Assembly (NCBI GenBank): GCA_026936335.1
Contig: JAPMXV010000006.1
Location: 248,001-312,000 of the forward strand
Reading direction: 5' to 3'
Length of the DNA: 64,000 nt
Source of the DNA: Mantamonas sphyraenae STR306
Lineage: Eukaryota; Protista; CRuMs
Notes under the pieces: generated by a model
Told to the model about the DNA's origin: nothing
Databases searched by the model: none
The model's input: only the letters and a program-made list of their open reading frames with translations
Shown here: positions 9,561 to 20,952 of the stretch, piece after piece
Layout of the letters: every line of letters begins with the position of its first letter
Position numbering within the stretch: position 1 is the first letter of the stretch
Position numbers and translations under genes: made by a program

Positions 9561-12500
9561 ATGTCGACCACGGATGGAAAACAGGCTGCCGCCACGCTGC
9601 AGGAAGTCAGCGACAAGTTTGACTTTCCCGCACAGGAAGAAGAGGTGCTGAAGCTGTGGGAGGAGCTGGACGCGTTCCGCGAAAGCGTGCGTCGCAGCGA
9701 AGGCAATCCCGAATTTGTCTTTTACGACGGGCCCCCGTTTGCCACGGGTCTGCCCCATTACGGCCACATCCTGGCCGGCACCATCAAGGACGTGGTCACA
9801 CGCTACGCCCATCAGACGGGCCACCACGTCGAGCGTCGCTTCGGCTGGGATTGCCACGGCCTTCCCGTGGAGCACGAGATCGACAAAACCCACGGCATCA
9901 CCGTACGTTTTCACACCCCCGCTGCGCCCGCCTGTGCCTGTATTGGCCTTTGTCCGCACACATCATGCATGCACACACCATCCGCACAGCCGTGCTGCTG
10001 TCCCCACAATCGCGCCATGCACCTGGCCGGCGGAATCCGCCCGACGACCGTTGAGCACATTCTTCCGCATGTTGCCTCCATTCGCCGAAACGCTGCTTTC
10101 ACCGCAATTTGCCATGCTGCAGAGAAGGAATGGAAACGTGGGCCGACGCACGGAGGGTGTCTGCTGGGACCACTGACACGGCAGCATGCACACGTACACA
10201 ACCCCCACCTGCATACCACCACAGTCGCGCGAGCAGGTGCTGGAAATGGGCATCGACAAGTACAACGAGCTGTGCCGCAGCATTGTGCAGCGGTACAGCA
10301 AGGAGTGGGAGTCGACGGTGACACGCCTGGGCAGGTGGATTGACTTTGAGAACGACTACAAGACGATGTATCCGGAGTTTATGGAGTCTGTGTGGTGGGT
10401 GTTCAAGCAGCTGTTTGAAAAGGACCTCGTGTACCGCGGCTTCAAGGTGATGCCCTACTCCACCGCATGCACCACGCCCCTGAGCAACTTTGAGGCCAAC
10501 CAGAACTACAAGGATGCGAAGGACCCGTCGGTGGTGGTCAACTTCCCCGTGCTCAAGTCGCCGCTGGCGGAGCTGGAGGGTGCCTACCTGGTGGCATGGA
10601 CAACGACGCCGTGGACGCTGCCCAGCAACCTGGCGTTGTGTGTGCACCCGAGCCTGGAGTACGTCCTGGTGCTGGACAAGCCCACAGGCAACAAGTATGT
10701 GCTCATGCGCGACCGTCTGGTCGAGCTGTACAAGCCCAAGAAGAGTGGAGGAGGCAAGAAGGGCAAGAAGGGAGGCAAGAAGGACGGCAACAGCAGCAGC
10801 AACACACAGAACGCACCTGCGGGTGGCGAGGATGCACTGGACTACGAGGAGCTGAGCGCGTTCCCTGGCGAGGCCCTTGTGGGCACGCAGTACGAGCCGC
10901 TGTTCCACTACTACGACGCTTTCGAGTCGGAGGCCAAGTGGCACGTGTATGCGGACGAGTACGTGACGTCGGGTTCGGGTACGGGCGTGGTGCACCAGGC
11001 ACCGGCGTTTGGCGAGGACGATTACCGCGTGTGCCTTGCCAACGGGGTGATTGTGAAAGGTGGCGAGCTGCCGCTGCCTGTGGATGCGGACGGACGCTTC
11101 ACGGAGCCCGTGAGCGATTTCGTGGGCATGCACGTGAAGGACACGGAGACGGACAAGCAGATCTGCGCGATGCTGAAGGAGCAGGGCCGCCTGGTAAGCA
11201 AGGGCACCATTGTGCATTCGTACCCGTTCTGCTGGCGATCGGACACGCCGCTGATCTACCGAGCCATCCCGTCGTGGTTCGTCAAGGTGGAGTCGATGCG
11301 CGACCAATTGTTGGAGAACAACACCAAGAGCTACTGGGTGCCGTCGTTTGTGCAGGAGAAGCGCTTTGCCAACTGGCTGGGCGACGCACGCGATTGGGCC
11401 ATCTCACGCAACCGTTTCTGGGGCACGCCGATTCCGCTGTGGGTCAGCGACGACCTGGAAGAGGTGGTGTGCGTGGGTTCCATCGACGAGCTGGAAGCGC
11501 TGTCGGGCGTGCGTCCGGACGACCTGCATCGCGAGGTGGTGGACAAGATCACCATCCCGTCGAAGCAGGGCAAGGGCGACCTGCGACGCATCGACGAGGT
11601 GTTTGACTGCTGGTTCGAGTCGGGCTCGATGCCCTACGCCTCGCAGCACTACCCGTTTGAGAACAAGGAGAGGTTCGACAACGCCTTCCCGGGCGACTTT
11701 ATCGCCGAGGGTCTGGACCAGACGCGCGGCTGGTTCTACACCCTGTTGGTGATCAGCACGGCGCTGTTTGGCGAGCCGGCGTTTAAGAACCTGATTGTCA
11801 ACGGCCTTGTGCTGGCTGAGGATGGAAAGAAGATGAGCAAGCGCCTGAAGAACTACCCGCCGCCGACAGATGTGTTGGACTCGTACGGTGCCGATGCGCT
11901 GCGTCTGTACCTGATCAACTCGCCCGTGGTGCGCGCGGAAACGCTGCGATTCACCGAGTCGGGTGTGCAGGCGGTGGTGCGTGACCTGCTGCTGCCGTGG
12001 AGCAACGGCTACCGGTTCTTTGTGCAGAACGCACGCATGATGGAAAGCGAGGGCCTGGCTGCGTTTGAGCCGGACTTTGACGTGCACAACGCGACCACCA
12101 ACGTGTTTGACCTGTGGATCCTGGCCGAACTCAACGCGCTGATCGAGTTTGTGCAGGAGGAAATGGAAGCGTACCGGCTGTACACGGTGGTGCCGCGTCT
12201 GGTCACCTTCCTGGAGGACCTGACCAACTGGTACGTGCGCTTCAACCGCAACCGTCTGCGAGGCACGGGCAACACGGAGAGCGACCGACGCAACTCGCTG
12301 AGCACGCTGTACATGGTGCTGCTGGACATGTGCAAGCTGATGGCGCCGTTCACCCCCTTCCTGACGGAGATGATGTACCAGAACCTGCGTCTGTGTCTGC
12401 CGGACGACGTGCGCGAGGACAGCGTGCACTACTGCATGATGCCCAAGCCGCGCCCGGATGTGATCAACGCGGATCTGTTGCGTTCCATGCGTCTCATGCA

Positions 12501-13242
12501 GCAGGTGGTTGTGTCTGGGCGCAAGATGCGCGACCGTCGCACGCTGCCGGTGAAGATGCCGCTGAGCTCGCTGACGTTTGTGCACCGCAACGTGCAGTCG
12601 ACGAAAGACCTGGAGTCGCTGAAGGAGTACGTGGTGGACGAGCTGAACGTGGAGGAGCTTGTGCTGAGCAACAACGAAGAAGAGTACGTGGAGCTCGTGG
12701 CACAGCCCAACATGCGTCAGCTGGGCTCCAAGTACAAGAAGGAGGCCAAGAAGGCAAAGGCCGCCCTGGAGACGCTGACGTCGCAGCAGCTGCAGGAGTA
12801 CGAAGAGACCAAGACGCTGTCTGTGGGCGACTTTACCTTTGTGGAGGGCGACTTTGAGGTGGAACGTCGTGCCACGGACTCGGACGGACGCCACGAGAAC
12901 GAGGCGTGCGCAGGCGGCGTCACGCTGCTTGACACGCTGGTGACGGAGGAGCTGCGTGAGCGTGGAGCGGCACGTGAGGTGCAGTCGCACGTGCAGAAGC
13001 TGCGCAAGAAGGCAGGTCTTGTGCGCGAAGATGTGGTCGGTGCATTCTACAAGCTGGGCGACAACTGCGAGGAGACGCTGGTCAACGCCCTGTCCTCTCA
13101 GCAGGAGTACTTTGTGTCTGTGCTGGGCAGCGAGCTCAAGGACCGCAAGACCGCACCCGAGGGCTGCGAGTTTCTTGCGGAGGAGGAGTGCGAGTTTAGC
13201 CTTGTCAAGGGCACCGTCACTCTGTACCTGGCCAATGTTTGA
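9561..13242 (+). CDS. IARS1: Cytosolic isoleucyl-tRNA synthetase; intron 9903-10224
   Basis: [15 protein letters not shown] (HIGH), [26 protein letters not shown]. Confidence 0.97.
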
Positions 13243-13456
13243 GCATGTTGAGAATCGGGAGGTGAGAGGTGAGAGGTGAGTGGAAGGAAATGGAGAGGGG
13301 CAAGAGCTGCGCCAACTAGAGCAAACCAACCGCAAACTCGGAAAAAGGACACAAGCAACCGTTCCACGGAACACTCTTCCTTCTATTTATATTATTTTCG
13401 ACACACACACAACCGAAAATAGTACGCTTAAGGACTACTCGTGCTTGAACAGACCA

Positions 13457-15094
13457 ATGGAATCTCCGAGCGCAAAGGAACCTCCGTCTTCCAAGGCAGT
13501 GCGAGCGTGGCCGACACTCGCACAAATGCCATCTACTCACTCCCATGACATGGGATCGGTCCGAGCCATCATGGAGGCTCGTGCAGCTGAAGCGCTGGCA
13601 GCGTTTCTGCCAAAGGGGCGTCGCACGAAATCGCCGAAGCAGGGCAGTGCGACGCAGCGAAACAAAACGACGACGAATGACGAGATGACGACTGAAGGAG
13701 CCAGGGAAGGGCTGACGACGACGACGACGACGACGACGACGAAGCGCGTGTCTGATCGTGTTGCCATGGACACGGAAGATGCAGACAAGGGCGCAGGAGG
13801 AGCTTCGGGCGCGGGCACGAGGAACGAGCAATTCCACGAAAGTCGGTTTTCGGCTCGGGACTCGTACGCAGAGGTGGAGGCGAATGCAGAGGGAGGACGC
13901 GGCAAGCGCAAGCTGGAGGATGTGGATGCAGACGCCGAGTCGGATGAGGACAGCGAAAAGAGGGCCGAATACGACCCGGGCAGCGTGTTGGAAGCCAGGA
14001 ACGCAGCAGGATTTTCTGAGAAGACGAGCGTTTCGCACACTGCGGGCGAACCCGACCGTAAGCGTGCACGCGTGCTGCTGAAGGACCCAAGCGACAGCAG
14101 CGTGAGCAGCGTGGGCAGCGCATCGTCGTACGGGAGCTCGCACAGTTGCGTGTCGTGCGAGGTGCAGGTGGAGGGAGGCAACACGAGCACAGGGGTGGAG
14201 GCACGTCTGCGTCAGTTTCTGCGACAGCGCAAGCTGGGCGGAGGTGACGTGATGCAGACGGAGTGTGTGAATGGGGGCAGCGGTGTGATCCGCGTGTCTG
14301 CCACGAGCATCCCGTTGCCTGTGAACCACCCGGCGTGGACGCACGCGGCAGGCTTGTACGCAAAGGTGCCGTTTGTGCAGCGTCTGTACCTGCTGCTGCA
14401 CTTTGGTGGCTTCAACGCTCTGCGATGGAACTGTGCGGGCGACCGCGTGCACGTGACTGCGCCTGTGCGTCTGCTGTCGCTGCTGGGCCTGACGAAGCAC
14501 GTGCAGCTGGAGCGCCTGCTGGTCAAGCACGGGTTCAAGAAGGCCACCGACGCACACACGCATGCGGTGTTGGCATTTGCCCACCCGTGCTTCCTGCGTG
14601 GCTCTCCCAACCTCCTGCCAGGCGTTGTGGCGCCGCAACACGTGGTGGCTCTCAAGGAGCAGCTGGATCGCCAGAACGGCCTCTCCCAGATGCTGCTGGC
14701 CGCCTCTACGCCTTCGCCGCCGCAAACCCAAGCCCAGGGACAGCAGGAGCAGGAGCCAGATTCGCCTCGAAGCCATGCGTCGTCGTCCTCGAGCAGCAGC
14801 AGCGGTTCGGGGATCCGGGTGCACGTGTGCACGCCGGATTCGGACGTGCAAAAGGCAGTCACGCTGCGTGGCAACGCGCAGAGCGACTTTGAGGCGTTCT
14901 TTGCTCTTGTGTGCCGTCGTCTGAACCTGGACGCAGGCGTGGAAAGCACGCTCTCCTTTCGCACCGAGCACGGCGACCATGTTTGCTGCGCGGAGGACCT
15001 TGCCGAGCTCCGCGACGGCGACCATTTGTTTGTACATAAGAACGGCAAGCAGCAACAGCAACAACAGATCACTCACCCAATCAACACCCACTGA
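13457..15094 (+). CDS. Divergent HSF-type DNA-binding domain + C-terminal ubiquitin-fold (KHA/PB1-like) protein
   Basis: PFVQRLYLLL..LRWNCAGDRVHV..HGFKK..FAHPCFLRGSPNLL resembles the HSF DBD. The C-terminal IRVHV..AELRDGDHLFV resembles KHA/DCX-like domains. Confidence 0.6.
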   Translation: MESPSAKEPPSSKAVRAWPTLAQMPSTHSHDMGSVRAIMEARAAEALAAFLPKGRRTKSPKQGSATQRNKTTTNDEMTTEGAREGLTTTTTTTTTKRVSDRVAMDTEDADKGAGGASGAGTRNEQFHESRFSARDSYAEVEANAEGGRGKRKLEDVDADAESDEDSEKRAEYDPGSVLEARNAAGFSEKTSVSHTAGEPDRKRARVLLKDPSDSSVSSVGSASSYGSSHSCVSCEVQVEGGNTSTGVEARLRQFLRQRKLGGGDVMQTECVNGGSGVIRVSATSIPLPVNHPAWTHAAGLYAKVPFVQRLYLLLHFGGFNALRWNCAGDRVHVTAPVRLLSLLGLTKHVQLERLLVKHGFKKATDAHTHAVLAFAHPCFLRGSPNLLPGVVAPQHVVALKEQLDRQNGLSQMLLAASTPSPPQTQAQGQQEQEPDSPRSHASSSSSSSSGSGIRVHVCTPDSDVQKAVTLRGNAQSDFEAFFALVCRRLNLDAGVESTLSFRTEHGDHVCCAEDLAELRDGDHLFVHKNGKQQQQQQITHPINTH

Positions 15095-15135
15095 AAAAGG
15101 CATTCCACGTTCCATTGCTTTTGCCATCTTGGCGC

Positions 15136-16155
15136 TCATTCTTCCCACACCTCGGGCCTGTCCACGTTGAGCATAAACTCGCGCAGAACCTCATCCTTGG
15201 CCCAGTTGACACCGCTTTGCAGGACCACAGCCTGCATGACATTCCGCACGTAGGCGTCTGCGGTCTGCAGCTTGCGCAACGCACGTCGTTGTTCCGCCAA
15301 CCCCTCCCGTGTACCATCATCATGATCATCATCACCATGGTGTCTGTCGTTGTCCCTGCTGGTCTCTTGTTCGTTGTCGTTGTTTGTGTTTTTCAGCGCC
15401 TCCAGGGTGTTGTGCAATCCCCTGTTCCTGGTCAGCGCCACCTGGTTCTCGCGTTGGGCCGCCGCCACCTTGCTCTCGACCGCCTCCAGCTTGGCCAGCA
15501 GCTTGTTCAGCTGGATGGTTTTGTCGTCACGCACGCCCATCTCCTGGATCATGGTCCTGTTGCGAGGGAAGGCGGGAGCGGGAACGGGGTTTGTCGGCGG
15601 GTGAGCGATCATGGATTCGGCCTTGGCGCCAAAAATCCGGTTGGACGACACTTACTCTGTCTGTACACTGAGGTCGTCCTCGTTGCCAAACACCAGGGAT
15701 TGGAGTACACTGCTCTGCAGTATGCGACGTTCCACGGCCTCGATGTGATTCTGCTGGGTGGCCAGGGCGTACAACCTGTCGCGCAGGGCGTCGTTTTCTG
15801 CCTGCACCGCCTCCATCTGCTGCCTGACCTGCTCACTTGTGTTTGTGCTCACTGTGGGCAGCACGCTCATCGACGAGGTGTTGCGTGCTTCCACGTCCAT
15901 GCCCTGCTCTCCCTGCTCCTGTTCTTCCTCCTCCTCGCTGCGTGCCATCTCCTCTTTGACCAGCGCCTGCGCGTACTGAGCCGTCTGCTGGTCCAGCCAC
16001 TCGGCAAAGTCAAGCCACATCTTGACCTGTGTCGAGAGACCCGTGTTGCCATACAGGCCCTCTTGTGGCACGTGTTCCATCCCCACCTGCGTACCCAGGC
16101 ATGTCTGTAGAGTCTCCGACGCCGCTCGGTCCAGCGACGCAAACACCTTGCTCAT
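15136..16155 (-). CDS. CENPH: Centromere protein H-like (CCAN); intron 15557-15655
   Basis: Coiled coil ending VRNVMQAVVLQSGVNWAKDEVLREFML, the CENP-H signature. The GTAAGT...AACAG intron joins two ORFs in frame. Confidence 0.8.
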
Positions 16156-16298
16156 CGTGTTGGCCTCGTCGGCGCACGCCGAGAAAAATCACACCTTCAC
16201 ATCCACAGTGCATGTCACTCGCACTCCATCGGCCGCTGTTTGCTTGTTGTCGATGCGTGGTGGGGGGGGACGATTTGGGTAGAATTCAGTTCCGATTT

Positions 16299-17009
16299 CT
16301 ATCCAAAGTCCCACGCGTTTGTCCATTGGATAAGAAGCGAGCCAGCGAGGAGGGCGACAAAAAACCAGCCACACCAGGCGACGGTACGTGCCTTGGGGTT
16401 GGAGGAGCAGGTGTAGCGGCCAAAGAGACACAGAATGGAGATGCCGCAGGTGAAGAAGCCGCCGAGGAGGCAGATGAGGGCGATGTAAAAGTCGTTGCCC
16501 TCGTCAATCTCTTTGTAGTATCGAGCACGTACGTCTGCGTACTGATCAAAACTGTTCTCGCGCCTGTGGACGTGCAGGACGATGTCTTGGTTGTCGTTGA
16601 CCACCACCTCGTGCACGCCCACATGTCCCACCCCGGGAATGTAACGCCGCGTAGAGGAGTCGTCGTCGTTGTCGTTGTCGTTGTTGACAGCAGTGTTGGA
16701 TCCCAACACTGCTGTTTCCTCCTCGTCCACCTGTCCGTGATGCTCCACCTGTGGTTGCAGGGCGGACAGCTCCACTTGCACGCTGTCCATGGACTCGTCC
16801 GCTTCGCCCTGCAGCGATGCACCCCCCTGCGTGTTGCTCATCGCCTCTTGCTCTTCGCTGTCCTGCCCTCCGGTCTCTTGCGTGTCCGCCTCCTGCGCGA
16901 GCATGGTGTGTTGTCCGCACCTGCGCATCGCCTCCACCCACGCATCCAATGTGCTGTTCATCCAACCCTTCCATCGGGGTGGGTCCGGATTGTTCCGAAT
17001 GCCGTCCAT
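16299..17009 (-). CDS. Uncharacterised membrane protein (acidic N-terminus, C-terminal hydrophobic helices)
   Basis: FYIALICLLGGFFTCGISILCLF and VAWCGWFFVALLAGSLLIQW. Start uncertain. Confidence 0.6.
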   Translation of the reverse strand: MDGIRNNPDPPRWKGWMNSTLDAWVEAMRRCGQHTMLAQEADTQETGGQDSEEQEAMSNTQGGASLQGEADESMDSVQVELSALQPQVEHHGQVDEEETAVLGSNTAVNNDNDNDDDSSTRRYIPGVGHVGVHEVVVNDNQDIVLHVHRRENSFDQYADVRARYYKEIDEGNDFYIALICLLGGFFTCGISILCLFGRYTCSSNPKARTVAWCGWFFVALLAGSLLIQWTNAWDFG

Positions 17010-17091
17010 CCTATTGCCACACACGCGCGTGTGTGTGTGAGCCTTGCTGGGTTTCGCGACTTGCGCTCTCGCACGCATTGGAAACTTGACG

Positions 17092-18462
17092 ATGAGTGAG
17101 AGCGAGGTAAGCGGCTGGGCACGAGTGGACGCGTGAGACGTGTGGGTGGACCCTGTGTGCAACCCTGCCACGCGTGTTGCGCTGGAGTGTGGTGGCCGAC
17201 GTCTTTTGGGCGCGCCAAACAAGGTGATCGGCAGCTGACCCAATTTTCGCGGCGCTCGTGCAGGGAAACAAGAACGTTTTTGTTGGCAACCTGCCGTACT
17301 CGGTGAACGAGTAAGTTATGAGGCGGTAGCGTGTGTGTGCGTGCGTGTGTGCATGTGCACGTATGCTCCTTGGCATGTGCGCAGCGTGCTGAGCGCGCGT
17401 TTGTGCGTGTGCTACGCATCGCAAATGTGTATTCGGGCCCTCCGCGTTCCGAGTTTGGCCCAAGGAACACGCAGAGCCACTGACACGCGTTGCCCACCGC
17501 GCCTTCTTTCCAGTTCGCGTCTGGCCGAGCACATGAGCCAGGCTGGCGAGGTCGTGTCGGCCATTGTGCTGCGCATGGGCACCCGTTCCAAGGTGCGTTT
17601 TGCTTTTCGCCTTTTCCCCTCCTCGGCCCTCAGAGGCCCCCTTTTTTCCTCGCAGGCCCCTCCTGCCTGTGCTCGCCCTCCTGTCGCGTCATCCGCCTGC
17701 TCACATGTCTACCCATCTGTCTGCGTTGCGCCTGTCCACGTCGACGTCTCCTCTGTTTACCTTTTTAGGGCTGCGGGTCAGTTTGCCATGCCTTGCCTGC
17801 GCGAAAAAAATGCGTCTCCCCTCTCGCTCGTGTTTTTGGCCCTTTTCTCGCCTGGACCCACTCGTACACGCCTGCTCACACGCCTGTGCTTCCTGATCCC
17901 GTGACGCTTGCTGCTGCGACTGCTTGTGTGCTGCGCCTGTTGCGTCGTGCGTACTGTCCATCGTGCTTTTGCGACACGCAGTCTGGTCGAGTACAGCACT
18001 GCGGACGAGGCTGAGAACGCCATCAAGATCCTGACCGAGACGGAGCTTGACGGCCGCAACATCTTTGTGCGCGAGGACCGTGAGGTTGGCAAGAAGCAGA
18101 CGTCGTTCAACAACAACGTCAGCGAGGAGGTCAACGACAACGGTGACGGCGACAGCCTGCAGAAGTTCAACCAGCGTTTCGGCAACGGCCGTGGTGGCTA
18201 CGACGACACCGGCCGTCTGCTGTACATTGGCAACTTCCCCTACCAGACTTCGTGGCAGGACCTGAAGGACATCTTCCGTGACTACGGTGATGTCATCCGC
18301 GCCGACGTTGTCATTGGCCGCGACGGTCGCCCCCGTGGCTTCGGTACCGTCCTCATGGCCGATCAGGAGGGTGCCAAGGCTGCCATTGAGGGTCTCAACG
18401 GCTCGGAGATGGGCGGCCGCACCATCGAGGTCCGCCTCGACCGCTACGCCGGCAGCAACTAA
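17092..18462 (+). CDS. Two-RRM Gbp2/hnRNP-M/GBP1-like RNA or G-strand binding protein; 5 exons
   Basis: Exons 17092-17106, 17264-17310, 17514-17592, 17769-17776, 17982-18462 give VFVGNLPY..SKGCGLVEY..LDGRNIFVREDRE and LYIGNFPYQTSWQDLKDIF..RGFGTV..IEVRLDRYA. Confidence 0.88.
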
Positions 18463-18710
18463 GCGGTGTTCCCCGCAGCAGCTTCCTGGTGGGGTCGCTG
18501 TGACACCAACCCTGTTTTCCTGCGTGGCCGCGCGTGCGTCGCCCCATGACGTCGGTTGCCTGCTCGCTCGCCCTCTGTGTATGTGTGTCCACACCCCGCG
18601 TGTGTGTGCACAGGGCAGAGGGTGTTTGTCCACCAAAACGCCGGAAAATGAAAAACGTGCATTGGCAATCCCATCATCATCATCATCATCATCATCATTC
18701 TGTCTCTCTC

Positions 18711-20906
18711 TCACAGCTCGTCCTTGCCCTTGTGCTCGTCCTTGTCCCTCTTGTGTTGGCCCACATGCTGCAGCAAATCGCTATACCGTACTGCTTGGCG
18801 GCCGCGTGCTTGCTGGCCTTGCCACAGGGCGTCCCATTCACGTGCGCCATCCACACGCACGGTCAGCGGCTGCAGCTTGGCACTCTTTGAGCCCGGCCCA
18901 CCCAGGCGCTGGGCCACGTCGACGGCCTCCATGGAGTGAAAGTTGCCCATGGTTTGGAAATGGCGAGCGGAAGGCTTGCGTGTGTTGGACAGGCGCTGGA
19001 AGCAGAACCACAGCTTGCTTGCGAGTGAGGCCCCCCACGGGGCACTGCTGGGCATGTGTGCCTCCTCGTGCTGGGCCATGAGCCGTTGACACTGCGGCAA
19101 CTGTGCGGCCATGCGCATGAGCACCTCAAAGTGCATGACATGACCGGCCTCGACGTTGGGCAGGCTGATCCCCTGGCCGTTGGCAAGCTTCCATCGCCTG
19201 CGGTTGGCCATCCAGGCATGCACCATGTGACCACGCGTGCGGAGGAGACGACACAGGTTCTGCACCATCACAAACGTGTCGGCCTGGGCAAACAGCACCC
19301 AGTCCACGTTGGCCTTTTCCACCAGTCGCTTGCGTACCGCACGCACCACACCCACGGCGTCGTCCAACGCCTCGGTGTGCACCACACTGCGACGCAACTC
19401 CTCCGACAGCAGCGTGTGGTCCAGCAGCTGGGTGTTTGTGACCACCAGCACGTTCTCCCTGCGGATCTGGCTGCCCCAGCTGCCCAGGACCTGTGGCAAA
19501 CCACGAGCCACACTGGCTGCAGGCATGATCATCACCACGGCCACGTTGTGCGGACATTGCACGGCGTCGTCGTCCAACCAGCCTGCGTACAGCTTGCGAA
19601 ACGAAATCGGCTCCGTGTCGCTCTCGCGTGCGTGCTTCAACACAATGCGGTGCAACCGGTGCAGCTTCACGTAGCTGTTGTAGTGCAGCGTGGCTGGCAG
19701 CCGTTTGCTGCGTCGTTCCGTGGTCACGTAATCCTCCAGCGTGCCCGTGCGAAACGCACCGTTGGCACGTGCTTCCACCTGCCCGGCATACGCCAGACAG
19801 TACCACAGCCGTCGGTCGCCCGCATGCACTTTGGACACGGTGGCCCGTTCACACGCCCTCACCTTGCCTCTCCTCAGCTGTGTCACCAGCGCCCGGGACA
19901 ACACAATGCCGCCTCGCAGACGTACGTAACTGCGTCCCTGCGCGGCACTCAGGTCCATGGTGTCGCTTGCATGCTTGTTCACCTTGGCTGTGCTGCCCAT
20001 GTACACAATCTTGTGGTTGGAGGAGGAGGAGGAGGTGGTCGGGGTGGACGGAGACGAGGACGAGGTGGCAGGTGAGCGATCCTGCTTGGCCAGCTGGGCA
20101 CACAGGTTGGGCATGACCACGTAGGTGCTTGCGTCCACAAGCACCAACCATCGCTTGCGTGTGTTGCGTCGCATGATCTTGGCCGCGTGGTAGACCACAG
20201 GCACCGCGTGCCACGAGGCAAAGCTCATCTTTTCGTCCGGGTACGTGCGAACCACCCGTGTGCGCACGCCGCGGATGCGTGGCAGACGTTTCACTCTGGG
20301 AATGGACGCCACTTCGTCGTCTTCGCCCACTTCCTCGTCCCCGTGCTCTTTCGCCTCTGCACTCGCCGTCGAGGCGGCTGTGGACGACGACGACGACGAG
20401 GAACTTGTGTGGTTGCCTCCCTTTTCTCCGCCTCCGGTCCGTCGCATGGCTCGTTCGTCCGTGAACAACACCACCGAGTTGGCCGGATCATGCGTCAGAC
20501 CCACCCAGGTGTCGACCAGAGCCACGGCCCGGTCGCGGTACTCGTTGCCAGGCACCACCACAGCAAAGAGTACGTCCCGCGCGCAGCTCAGCGGTTGCCG
20601 CTCGTGTTCAAACATGCTCTTGTGTGGCTTGCGGTACGGATCCGCACGTGTGCCATCCCTGTTCTTCCCCTCTCCCTCTGTTGTGTGTGTGGCGTCCCCC
20701 GTGGCCATCCCCGTGGCGCTTGTGGCTGCGTTGGCCTCCTCGTCATCCGACGACCAATCGCTCTCCACGTCACCTGCCCTTCCTTGCCTGCCCTGCGTCT
20801 GCTTGCCGGCCATCCCACGGCCCACAACCAGCCACTGGTGCATGCCAATCAGCACTGCAGTCAGCACCAGGGCTATCAGCACCATACGCCCTGTACCCGA
20901 CAACAT
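18711..20906 (-). CDS. Type II membrane protein with two degenerate GT31/Fringe-like glycosyltransferase domains
   Basis: N-terminal TM anchor; RAVALVDTW, RWLVLVDASTYVVMPNL, GGIVLSRALV, DRRLWYCL; second copy WVLFAQADTFVMVQNL. Confidence 0.7.
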   Translation of the reverse strand: MLSGTGRMVLIALVLTAVLIGMHQWLVVGRGMAGKQTQGRQGRAGDVESDWSSDDEEANAATSATGMATGDATHTTEGEGKNRDGTRADPYRKPHKSMFEHERQPLSCARDVLFAVVVPGNEYRDRAVALVDTWVGLTHDPANSVVLFTDERAMRRTGGGEKGGNHTSSSSSSSSTAASTASAEAKEHGDEEVGEDDEVASIPRVKRLPRIRGVRTRVVRTYPDEKMSFASWHAVPVVYHAAKIMRRNTRKRWLVLVDASTYVVMPNLCAQLAKQDRSPATSSSSPSTPTTSSSSSNHKIVYMGSTAKVNKHASDTMDLSAAQGRSYVRLRGGIVLSRALVTQLRRGKVRACERATVSKVHAGDRRLWYCLAYAGQVEARANGAFRTGTLEDYVTTERRSKRLPATLHYNSYVKLHRLHRIVLKHARESDTEPISFRKLYAGWLDDDAVQCPHNVAVVMIMPAASVARGLPQVLGSWGSQIRRENVLVVTNTQLLDHTLLSEELRRSVVHTEALDDAVGVVRAVRKRLVEKANVDWVLFAQADTFVMVQNLCRLLRTRGHMVHAWMANRRRWKLANGQGISLPNVEAGHVMHFEVLMRMAAQLPQCQRLMAQHEEAHMPSSAPWGASLASKLWFCFQRLSNTRKPSARHFQTMGNFHSMEAVDVAQRLGGPGSKSAKLQPLTVRVDGAREWDALWQGQQARGRQAVRYSDLLQHVGQHKRDKDEHKGKDEL

Positions 20907-20952
20907 GCGTGTGGTTGATGAAACTTTTCTTCTGCATCCATGCGTGCGGTCC

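Noticed and set aside
10170-10180. CTGA elements near intron 3' ends as snoRNA D boxes
   Set aside because: They recur as ACTGAC in many introns and fit the branch-point consensus, with no C box or guide.
15650-15655. Apparent abutting ORFs or stop readthrough at TAA/GTG
   Set aside because: The TAA is part of a GTAAGT splice donor, giving a single CENP-H gene.
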